From the NCBI RefSeq assembly GCF_900232105.1, contig NZ_LT934425.1, positions 3,990,001-4,022,000 of the forward strand: 32,000 nucleotides of DNA, in the 5' to 3' direction. Each line of letters begins with the position of its first letter. Position 1 is the first letter of the stretch. The DNA comes from Candidatus Kuenenia stuttgartensis (GTDB lineage: Bacteria; Planctomycetota; Brocadiia; Brocadiales; Brocadiaceae). A model generated the notes under the pieces. That model worked only from the letters and a program-made list of their open reading frames with translations, was not told where the DNA came from and ran no database searches. Position numbers and translations under genes: made by a program. Of this stretch, positions 24,806 through 32,000 are shown piece by piece.

Positions 24806-26425
24806 TTATTTTGGTTTTTTTAAAGCGTAAAGGTCTTCTTCCATTTTTTTCATCTTTAATTCCCTGCCGACAGCTACTTTTGCAAAGTTCTCCAATTGTT
24901 CGGCTTTTTTCTTGAAATCATCCCGCGATTTTTCCAATTCCGAGGTTCTTTTCTTCACATCTTCTTCAAGATTTCTCTTTATGTCCTCCAGTTCCCTTGT
25001 TCTGTCTTTTATTTTGTCCTGTAATGCCGCATTCAAGTCCTGAACTTTTGTGATTTTAACAAAGTCAAGCCATGATGTGACGTCTGCATATTCACTGATA
25101 TTTAATCCCTTAACCTCTTCTTCGGTGCTGATTCTAATGCCTACCAGTTTCTTCATACACCAGAAAAATAAAAGTCCCAATGAAAAAGCCCAGGCAAATG
25201 CCACAATAATTCCCAGACATTGCACGCCAACCTGTAAAAGGCGGCTGAAGTTTGTCATTGAAAATGCAGACACGGGAGTAAACAAGCTAACGGCCAGGGT
25301 GCCCCAGACGCCGCAAAATCCGTGGACGGGAACCGCCCCCACCGGGTCGTCCACTCTTAATATCTTTTCGATAAAATCCTTAGCCAATATTGCGATGATG
25401 CCTGCGCATAATCCAACTATACATGCATATACGGGGCTCACCCTGCTGCAACCTGCGCCAATGGCAACGATTCCCCCCATGATTCCTAAAAGTATTTCTG
25501 CGGCGTCCAATGTTTTGTTTTTCAGTTTTCTGAAAACTGCAGCAGCAACACCCGCTACCGACCCAGACAAGGTTGTATTGATAATTACCAACCCGATGCT
25601 GGTATCAGCCTGCAAAAGAGCCCCTCCGTTAAAACCAAACCAGCCAAACCACAAAAAAAATGTACCTATTGTGGCAAGTGGTAGATTGTGTCCGTACATC
25701 CTGTTCACGGTGCCATCAGGATTAAACTTTCCGGTCCTCGGCCCCAGCACAATGGCGCCCGACAAAGCAATCCATCCGCTTACAGAATGGACTACCGTAG
25801 AACCAGCAAAATCTATAAATCCGAGCCTTTCAAGCCATCCATACTGCTGGGTATGCAATAAATGTCCCCATGCCCAATGGCCAAAGACGGGATAAATCAG
25901 GCAAACAACAACAATGGTCGTACAAATATGAGTTAACAGTTTTGCTCTTTCGGCATAAGCGCCAGATGTAATAGTGGCTGCGGTACCTGCAAATACCAGT
26001 TGGATAAAAACAAAGGCATATCCCAGGGAGGTTAGATGAGTATCAATACCATATAACAGAAAATTACTTATGCCGATATAGCCGTTATAGCTCACGCCAA
26101 ACATAATCCCAAACCCTACGATAAAATATGTTATGGAACTTATAAGAAAATTCAATATATTTTTTATGGAAACGCTTATGGCATTTTTTGCCTGTACTGA
26201 GCCAGCTTCATATGCCGTAAAACCCACCTGCATGAAAAAAACCATGCTGGCAGCGACAATAATCCAGATAAAATCAAGTTTTTTCTGGATTAATTGCAGA
26301 GATGTTTCCTCATTTTCAGCATGAACATTATAATGCGGGTAAAAAACTAATGCGGTCGCTATAATGCAGGCAAAGATAATTATTATTTGCCTTTTGTGCC
26401 TGTTATCGCTTTGTATGTTACTCAT
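24806..26425 (-). CDS. Amt-family protein with a ~92-aa C-terminal coiled-coil extension (candidate ammonium sensor/transceptor)
   Basis: 539 aa. The Amt core has twin-His contexts DFAGSTVVHSVSG and DDPVGAVPVHGFCG. The conserved cytoplasmic GLDxxxHG is changed to GLNISEYA. The tail QDLNAALQDKIKDRTRELEDIKRNLEEDVKKRTSELEKSRDDFKKKAEQLENFAKVAVGRELKMKKMEEDLYALKK is heptad-like and highly charged. The stop lies 9 nt before the kinase ATG. Confidence 0.88.
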   Translation of the reverse strand: MSNIQSDNRHKRQIIIIFACIIATALVFYPHYNVHAENEETSLQLIQKKLDFIWIIVAASMVFFMQVGFTAYEAGSVQAKNAISVSIKNILNFLISSITYFIVGFGIMFGVSYNGYIGISNFLLYGIDTHLTSLGYAFVFIQLVFAGTAATITSGAYAERAKLLTHICTTIVVVCLIYPVFGHWAWGHLLHTQQYGWLERLGFIDFAGSTVVHSVSGWIALSGAIVLGPRTGKFNPDGTVNRMYGHNLPLATIGTFFLWFGWFGFNGGALLQADTSIGLVIINTTLSGSVAGVAAAVFRKLKNKTLDAAEILLGIMGGIVAIGAGCSRVSPVYACIVGLCAGIIAILAKDFIEKILRVDDPVGAVPVHGFCGVWGTLAVSLFTPVSAFSMTNFSRLLQVGVQCLGIIVAFAWAFSLGLLFFWCMKKLVGIRISTEEEVKGLNISEYADVTSWLDFVKITKVQDLNAALQDKIKDRTRELEDIKRNLEEDVKKRTSELEKSRDDFKKKAEQLENFAKVAVGRELKMKKMEEDLYALKKPK

Positions 26426-26729
26426 TCTGCACTCCCTTGTTTTCTAAGGAATTATTTACAGTATCATCTTTATTATTCAGTATTATTCATTTGTTTTCTG
26501 CTCATCTTTTCATCATGTTGGAATCTTCGGCACGATGGCAACGATTCTTTGTATGATAATACTATTTTGGGGATTTCCAAGTTTTGCGTGGGGCAAGTTA
26601 TCGGGTTTTTTAGATGAACGTGTAGACTTAAAATGTTTTGATGTGATTTTCGTATTCATCATTTGACAATAGACAATCCTGCCAAGTCGGACAATCATCA
26701 ATCATCCCATCCGGAACAAATCATTGCGG

Positions 26730-27662
26730 CTAAAAACGCTTCTGATAAAAATGGCAATAGGGTTGTTTCCCGGTTTTATGATAATAGTCCTGATGATAAT
26801 CCTCGGCAAACCAAAATTGCCCGGCCTTTTCCACGGTGGTGGCTATTTTGTAGCCTTTATCCTTAAGAATATTGATCAGTTTTTCGGCAGTTTTCTTTTG
26901 TTCCTCTGAATTATAGAAGACGGCGGAACGATACTGGTAGCCGATATCGGGTCCCTGACGATTGATCTGAGTGGGGTCGTGGATTTCAAAAAATAAACGC
27001 GTAAGTTCCTCATAGGAGACAATGGATGGATCAAAGACCACTTCTACAGCTTCGACATGGCCTGTGGCTCCCGAACAGACTTCCTCATAGGTAGGATTCT
27101 TCTTTGTGCCGCCGATGTATCCGGAGGTAGCTGAAATAACACCCTCTTTGTCCCCGAAGTAATGCTCCACACCCCAGAAACAGCCGCCGGCGAAGATGGC
27201 CTTCTCCGTATTCACGACCTTCGTCTTTTCAGCCGATATGAAATTCAGTGAGAGAGAATTCACGCAGTGGCGGGTGTTCTTTTTGGTGAGGCCTTCACCC
27301 AAAAAGACATGTCCGAGATGGGCGCGACAATTTTTGCAGACTATTTCAGTACGTATGCCATCGGAATCGAGGTGCCTTTCCACGGCGCCGGGAATTTCTT
27401 CGTCAAAGCTGGGCCAGCCGCATTGGGCGTCAAATTTATCATCGGAGCGATATAAAGGCGCGTCACAGCGCTTGCAGGTGTATGTGCCCTTTACATCGTG
27501 ATAATAATATTTTCCGCTGTAAGGGCGTTCAGTGCCTTTGTGGACGATAACGCGTTCTTCTTCGGGAGTTAAGGGATTGACCTTCATTTTCTTATCCTGA
27601 GCATTAAGGTTTAGGGTTATGAACAAACTTAAACTAAAAAAGAGAATGATTTTCTTCTGCAT
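26730..27662 (-). CDS. msrBA: exported bifunctional methionine sulfoxide reductase, MsrB-MsrA order
   Basis: ATG 27662 with AAGGAG 10 nt upstream and signal peptide MQKKIILFFSLSLFITLNLNA. MsrB is shown by two CxxC motifs (CKRCDAPL, CKNCRAHLGH) plus RHCVNS, and MsrA by GGCFWGVEHYF. Confidence 0.9.
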   Translation of the reverse strand: MQKKIILFFSLSLFITLNLNAQDKKMKVNPLTPEEERVIVHKGTERPYSGKYYYHDVKGTYTCKRCDAPLYRSDDKFDAQCGWPSFDEEIPGAVERHLDSDGIRTEIVCKNCRAHLGHVFLGEGLTKKNTRHCVNSLSLNFISAEKTKVVNTEKAIFAGGCFWGVEHYFGDKEGVISATSGYIGGTKKNPTYEEVCSGATGHVEAVEVVFDPSIVSYEELTRLFFEIHDPTQINRQGPDIGYQYRSAVFYNSEEQKKTAEKLINILKDKGYKIATTVEKAGQFWFAEDYHQDYYHKTGKQPYCHFYQKRF

Positions 27663-28169
27663 ACTATTTTCGCTCCTTATGAAATTTTCCATGCCCAAAT
27701 GGTCAGCTTGCCCCGATGAAGCCGGATTTTAAGCCAACCAGAGGGAAACGATAAAGGGCTGCTGGTTTTGTTGTTTTAAGGGTGACGCATCCGGACTCCC
27801 TCCCCTGCCGGAAGAATTATACGGTTAAAAGGTAGAAAGAATATCAAATATTGAACAATGAATAAAGAATGCCGAAGGATAAGAGAACTTCGTAATTCGA
27901 AATTCCCTGAAGGTTGTTGAGAAGGGCAACCGCTAATGAACAACAATGAACGTGAATCTTCATTCAAAATTCAAATAATTTGTCTCGCTTCAATCTTTCC
28001 TAACATTTTATTATTCTTCTTGCTGAAGCATGAGAATAACGCATGGACGGATTTTTCAGAAGGCTAAAATGTTACAAAATTTTAAATATACCCAAAATAT
28101 TTATTTTAACAAAGTAATGTAATAAACTTAAAGAACTGTTTATTCTGCAATAGACTTTATCTCCTGCAA

Positions 28170-30845
28170 TCAGTTCTTGTGCTCAAACGATTTTGTTAAA
28201 TGTTCAAAGCTCATATTCACCATTACCGCATTATGTGGAATTAAAACATATTTCCAGGGTTTCCCTCCATTGGAAATAGTAAAATCTGTAGCAACCTTAC
28301 AATACTCTAAGGCTGCCTGGGCTTTTCCCTGAACATCTTCCGATTCAATATCTGCCTCTTTCTTCGTTTCTATAAGATAAATAGCATCTTTTGTTTCCAC
28401 GACAAAATCAGGGTTGTATTGCCTTGAATTGTGCTTCCAGTATAGGTGGAATTGATTAGATGCAGGCCTTAGCCACTTAAGAACTACTTTGTCCTGCTCT
28501 AAAATGACTGCAAAATCTTTTTCTGTCTTGGAATCAAATTTATACAGATTGTGGCATGCTTTTTTGAAACCACTAAATACCTTATTAGGAATGGCATTGG
28601 TTGGAGTGATTGTCTCGGTAAAATGATGAATGCTGTCTTTCGTGTATTTTGAAAAATTATGTTCTTCAATCCTTGTAAAAGGCTTTACCATTGGCTTTTC
28701 ATAGCTTGGCGCTTCACAGTAAAAATGTTGCTTCATCTGGGAATAAATATAACTTCCAATCTCTTTTTTGTGAAATTGCACAACATTCATCAGTTTATCG
28801 TCGTCAAGATATGCCCTGAATTTCTCAATTGCCTGACCAGTTAATCTAAAAAGCAATTCAGTCTGTTCGTCATAATCTATTTCAGGGTAATTCATGAGTT
28901 CATTAACAATGATATTTTCCGGACCGTCATGTATGCCCCTGCCCTTCCCGCTTATAATATCAACACTGTTTTCCTGTTCACGGAGCTTTTTTACTAAAAT
29001 TTCTTCCGACACCGGTTGGTAATTGAGACTCCTGGTATCAAGGTCAAAATCCTTAAAGCCCGACCTTACTTCATTGCTTTGCTGAATGGTGATTCTTGGA
29101 ATTTCTATTATATTCTGTAAAAAATCATGTACCACCGCTTCATAGGCATCCTCAACTTCTTTTATCATCTCTGCAGTAAATAAATTTTTCTGAGGAGTAC
29201 TGTAAATCTTTTGTTTTATTCTTTCTACAGCTATTTGTTTGATTTCTGACCTTGTCAATTCATTGACATTGGTTACGGTATTGTTTAGTCCCGGAAGTGT
29301 TGAAAGAATCGTCTTTCTGACTTCCAAGTTAATCTGGGCTTTTTGTCTCTGTTCAGGCTCAACAATAAGCCCAATCTTCCTTTGCTCTTCATCAAATTTT
29401 TGTTCAACGTTTGAAGTGGAGGTAATTACCTCTTTTTGTTGACTGATTTCCTGTGGATCAATTTCAATAATATTTTGCCTTTTAATGATAGAATCGGGTT
29501 GATTGGCTGCGTCAATTATCTCCTGAAATTTATCATGGGCTACAATCGTAAGTTTATCCACTTTATCAACACCCGTTCTTTTTCCATACGGCAAGCGTAA
29601 CCCCCTGCCAATAGTCTGTTCCCTCAAAGTCATAGACGTAGCCGTTCTTAAGGGAATAATCGTATAGAGATTAGTTACGTCCCACCCTTCTTTCAGCATA
29701 TTGACATGGATAACAATTTCAATTTTATTTTCTGGCTTTTCCAAAGAAATCAGTTGTGCAATATTTTCTTCTTTTTCTTCCCCTGATTGGTTCGAGTGGA
29801 TTTCCATTACCTTATCGGCATAATAACCTTCAAAAAATGCGTTTGAAATGATCAACTGCTTTAATTTGCCGGCATGGGTTGTATCCTGTGCAACAACCAG
29901 CACAAAAGGCTTTACCGCTTTTACTCTATTATCCCGCGCATAGATATCCAAAGCCACTTTCGTGTCTTCATGGATACGAATGCCGTCTTCCAGTTTTATC
30001 CTGTCCAGTTCATCAGCGGAGTATTGTGAAGGATTAAAATCTTTACGGGTAGCCACTGCCGGTTCCTTTACAAAACCGTCCTGAATAGCCTTCGCTAATG
30101 AATATTCAAACACGACATTTTTAAACTTAATAGGCCCTCCGCTTCGTTCTATTTGGGGTGTCGCTGTAAGTTCCAATCCTAAAATAGGGTTTAATTCATT
30201 AATAACCTGCATGCCTCTGGCTGCCCGGTAGTGATGTGATTCGTCCATCAGCAAAACCAGGCCATCGAGGTTTGAAAGGTAATTGAAATAAGAATCGCCT
30301 AAATATTCTGAAAGCCTTTTTACGCGTGGAAGCTTGCCGCCCTTCGTTTCGGCATTTATCTTGGAGATGTTAAAAATGTTGATATGAATATCAGTTATGA
30401 ACATTTTTGTCTGGCGAATTTCATTATAATTATCGCCGGTAATAATACGGGGTTGGTTATGAACAAACTCCCCAATGCCCTGAAATACGTATTTTGGGCA
30501 ATTCGGATTGGAAAAGTCCTCAATGAGCTTATTATAAATGGTAATATTCGGCGCTAGTACGAAATAGTGCTTTATGCCCTTTGAAAGATATAAATAAGCG
30601 ACAAATGCCCCCATTAAGCGCGTCTTTCCAACACCAGTGGCTAAAGCGAAACAGAGAGAAGGGAAGTTTCTTTCAAAGTCAGCACAAGCAGGATAGGCGC
30701 TTTTGACTATCTCCAGTGCCGCGAATAAATCGCCATTTTTCTGAAGGGTCAATTTATCCGTCAGCTCTGCCAGTATATTCAGGCTGTCTGCCTGCGGCAA
30801 GCGAAGGCTTAAGCGATTCTTGATGGTATTTGCTATGCGATTCAT
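28170..30845 (-). CDS. res: type III restriction enzyme Res subunit (SF2 helicase + C-terminal PD-(D/E)xK nuclease)
   Basis: 891 aa. Motif I LATGVGKTRL, motif II LLMDESHHY, motif VI QTIGRGLRLPYG, and a C-terminal nuclease-like NPDFVV...IYLIETKKE. Confidence 0.85.
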   Translation of the reverse strand: MNRIANTIKNRLSLRLPQADSLNILAELTDKLTLQKNGDLFAALEIVKSAYPACADFERNFPSLCFALATGVGKTRLMGAFVAYLYLSKGIKHYFVLAPNITIYNKLIEDFSNPNCPKYVFQGIGEFVHNQPRIITGDNYNEIRQTKMFITDIHINIFNISKINAETKGGKLPRVKRLSEYLGDSYFNYLSNLDGLVLLMDESHHYRAARGMQVINELNPILGLELTATPQIERSGGPIKFKNVVFEYSLAKAIQDGFVKEPAVATRKDFNPSQYSADELDRIKLEDGIRIHEDTKVALDIYARDNRVKAVKPFVLVVAQDTTHAGKLKQLIISNAFFEGYYADKVMEIHSNQSGEEKEENIAQLISLEKPENKIEIVIHVNMLKEGWDVTNLYTIIPLRTATSMTLREQTIGRGLRLPYGKRTGVDKVDKLTIVAHDKFQEIIDAANQPDSIIKRQNIIEIDPQEISQQKEVITSTSNVEQKFDEEQRKIGLIVEPEQRQKAQINLEVRKTILSTLPGLNNTVTNVNELTRSEIKQIAVERIKQKIYSTPQKNLFTAEMIKEVEDAYEAVVHDFLQNIIEIPRITIQQSNEVRSGFKDFDLDTRSLNYQPVSEEILVKKLREQENSVDIISGKGRGIHDGPENIIVNELMNYPEIDYDEQTELLFRLTGQAIEKFRAYLDDDKLMNVVQFHKKEIGSYIYSQMKQHFYCEAPSYEKPMVKPFTRIEEHNFSKYTKDSIHHFTETITPTNAIPNKVFSGFKKACHNLYKFDSKTEKDFAVILEQDKVVLKWLRPASNQFHLYWKHNSRQYNPDFVVETKDAIYLIETKKEADIESEDVQGKAQAALEYCKVATDFTISNGGKPWKYVLIPHNAVMVNMSFEHLTKSFEHKN

Positions 30846-30854
30846 TTTTTGTCC

Positions 30855-31169
30855 TTAGGCAATGCTATTATCAAAAATATCTTCTTTCAGTAAACGGCTT
30901 CCATGCAGTACCGTAACGATCATTACTTTATCTTTTGCTTCATCATACCGGTAAATTATCCGATAATTGCCCATAATCAATTCCCGATACGGCGTATTTG
31001 GAAATTCCGGTAAAAAACGTCCCGCATTGGGGAATAATTGCAATCTTTCTGTGGATTTAAAGATATTTTGGATAGTATATTGTGCGTATAAAAGGGAATC
31101 TCTTGCTATATAGTCATAAATACCTTCTGAATCTGATATGGCTCTTTCAGACCAGATTACTGTTGCCAT
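30855..31169 (-). CDS. RelE/ParE-family type II toxin
   Basis: 104 aa. ...LQLFPNAGRFLPEFPNTPYRELIMGNYRIIYRYDEAKDKVMIVTVLHGSRLL is the classic ParE/RelE C-terminal pattern. It overlaps the upstream antitoxin by 13 nt. Confidence 0.8.
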   Translation of the reverse strand: MATVIWSERAISDSEGIYDYIARDSLLYAQYTIQNIFKSTERLQLFPNAGRFLPEFPNTPYRELIMGNYRIIYRYDEAKDKVMIVTVLHGSRLLKEDIFDNSIA

Positions 31170-31345
31170 TTCTTCGATAACCTTTCTATCGCTTCTTCAT
31201 GGGAAAATGTTCGCCCTTCGGCTATATCTTTTTCACCCATCTCAATTTTTTGAAGCATGTATATACGATACATAACGTCTTCCACCTCTACCTTTTCGGG
31301 TAACTCTTTTATCAGTTCTTCCAATTTTGATTTAATAATCTGCAT
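31157..31345 (-). CDS. cognate small antitoxin of the ParE/RelE toxin
   Basis: 62 aa; the position, size and 13-nt overlap with the toxin fit an antitoxin. ...VEDVMYRIYMLQKIEMGEKDIAEGRTFSHEEAIERLSKKW resembles antitoxins found with RelE/ParE toxins. Confidence 0.65.
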   Translation of the reverse strand: MQIIKSKLEELIKELPEKVEVEDVMYRIYMLQKIEMGEKDIAEGRTFSHEEAIERLSKKWQQ

Positions 31346-31544
31346 TCTGTAACTCCCCTATTTTTATTTAAAAAAGTAACTATTGACCACTTGCACATCA
31401 CGTCGCTATAGGCTAATCTTGCGATAGTCTGCTCTTATCACCGTAGTGATAGGAACACCTTTGGCTCATAATGTAACCCCTTCAATATGAGATATGATAA
31501 AATTGTCCGGCAGGAATAATTTCAGAGCAACTACCAATGCCGGA

Positions 31545-32000
31545 TTATTTCTCACGTGCTTTTTCCTCTGCAAAGAGAGACCGTTGAACTATTTTTTTCT
31601 TTGTGCGTCCCTTACTTCTTTTCTTTTGAGGCGAAATAGCGGTAGGATTTGTTTCCTGAGATTCAATTTTCTCCTCATCCGCTTCAACTGGTAAATTGAC
31701 AATATTTAAACTATAATCCTCTTTCCCAAACTCGCACCTGCCAAGCAACATCTTGGGAATCTTTTTTATGGTGATATTAGCGTAACGATTTTCGCAAGCT
31801 TCCTGAAAAGATTTACAACAAATCAGAAGGCTTTCGTCCGGTTTCATTTCTTCGTGAATCTTATCCAGAGACTGTACCGTAACAAACTGTGTGGTGATAA
31901 AAATATAATCCTTTTCAGTGGAACGGCCTTGCTTCCAGTAAATATGCTCATCCGGGCAGTGTCTAAAACCTTCATGCTTTGCCATAGCTGCGGCGAGCAT
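31545..32000 (-). CDS. mod: C-terminal part of a DNA methyltransferase, probable type III Mod subunit (partial, continues beyond the window)
   Basis: ORF open to the window edge. ..DYIFITTQFVT...LLICCKSF...NITIKKIPKMLLGRCEFGKEDYSLNI resembles the C-termini of methylases encoded next to Res-type helicases. It sits upstream of res. No catalytic motifs are visible in the part present. Confidence 0.55.
   Translation of the reverse strand: MLAAAMAKHEGFRHCPDEHIYWKQGRSTEKDYIFITTQFVTVQSLDKIHEEMKPDESLLICCKSFQEACENRYANITIKKIPKMLLGRCEFGKEDYSLNIVNLPVEADEEKIESQETNPTAISPQKKRSKGRTKKKIVQRSLFAEEKAREK

Noticed and set aside
25050-25895. 281-aa plus-strand ORF antisense to the Amt-like gene; similar antisense ORFs occur at 16721-17158 and 17828-18130 opposite the amt gene
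   Set aside because: These are shadow ORFs of strongly supported minus-strand genes. They have Pro/Ser/Thr-rich low-complexity translations and no start signals.
26426-26729. Searched the region upstream of the Amt-like/kinase operon for a third sigma54 promoter
   Set aside because: No GG-N10-GC element with flanking consensus was found on the minus strand. GGCACGATGGCAAC (about 26534-26547) is on the wrong strand and lacks TTGC.
27700-27770. CCCCGATGAAGCCGG resembles the SAM-I riboswitch core GGCCCGATGAAGCCCGG
   Set aside because: It lies on the plus strand, antisense to msrBA. The rest of the SAM-I consensus (GAGGGA upstream in the right register, GTGCCAA, the closing AGAGATAA-type stem) is missing.
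1-32000. Looked for CRISPR arrays, tRNA or rRNA genes and long tandem repeats
   Set aside because: No regularly spaced direct repeats, no cloverleaf-like or rRNA-like conserved blocks, and no tandem arrays were seen. All repeats found are dispersed palindromes or IS-related.

Overview
AT-rich bacterial chromosomal window with five recognisable blocks. (1) 1-6.4 kb is an accessory 'junkyard'. It holds toxin-antitoxin parts (a PIN-like gene, an AbrB-type antitoxin with a truncated MazF, an orphan HicB-like gene), an intact IS630-family element that has split a small two-gene cassette, and an inverted 162-bp fragment of a second IS630 copy. It also holds a frameshifted PNPOx-like gene and several palindromic repeat elements. 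(2) 6.5-14.2 kb is a minus-strand run of ordinary genes: a TRASH-type Cys-rich exported protein, a polar amino-acid ABC ATPase, a fused binding-protein/permease, a flavin reductase, ManC, a HAD-YvcK fusion and endonuclease V. (3) 14.2-16.4 kb is an ORF-poor stretch followed by an IS4-family element with perfect 21-bp IRs and an 11-bp target duplication. (4) 16.6-26.4 kb is the most interesting part, a compact ammonium/nitrogen signalling island. An Amt-family protein with a coiled-coil tail is followed 9 nt later by a 1064-aa CXXCH/HAMP/PAS/GAF histidine kinase. A sigma54-dependent response regulator is flanked by two sigma54-type promoters, one driving an unknown 122-aa protein and one driving an atypical PII pair plus an Amt transporter. 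(5) 26.7-32 kb holds an exported MsrB-MsrA fusion and a type III restriction-modification locus whose mod and res genes are separated by a ParE/RelE toxin-antitoxin pair. No rRNA, tRNA or CRISPR array was seen. All family calls come from motif recognition by eye; no database search or folding computation was possible. The combination of a haem-c sensor, several Amt genes and GTAGGGG...CCCCTAC palindromes is reminiscent of anammox planctomycetes, but that is an impression, not a result.
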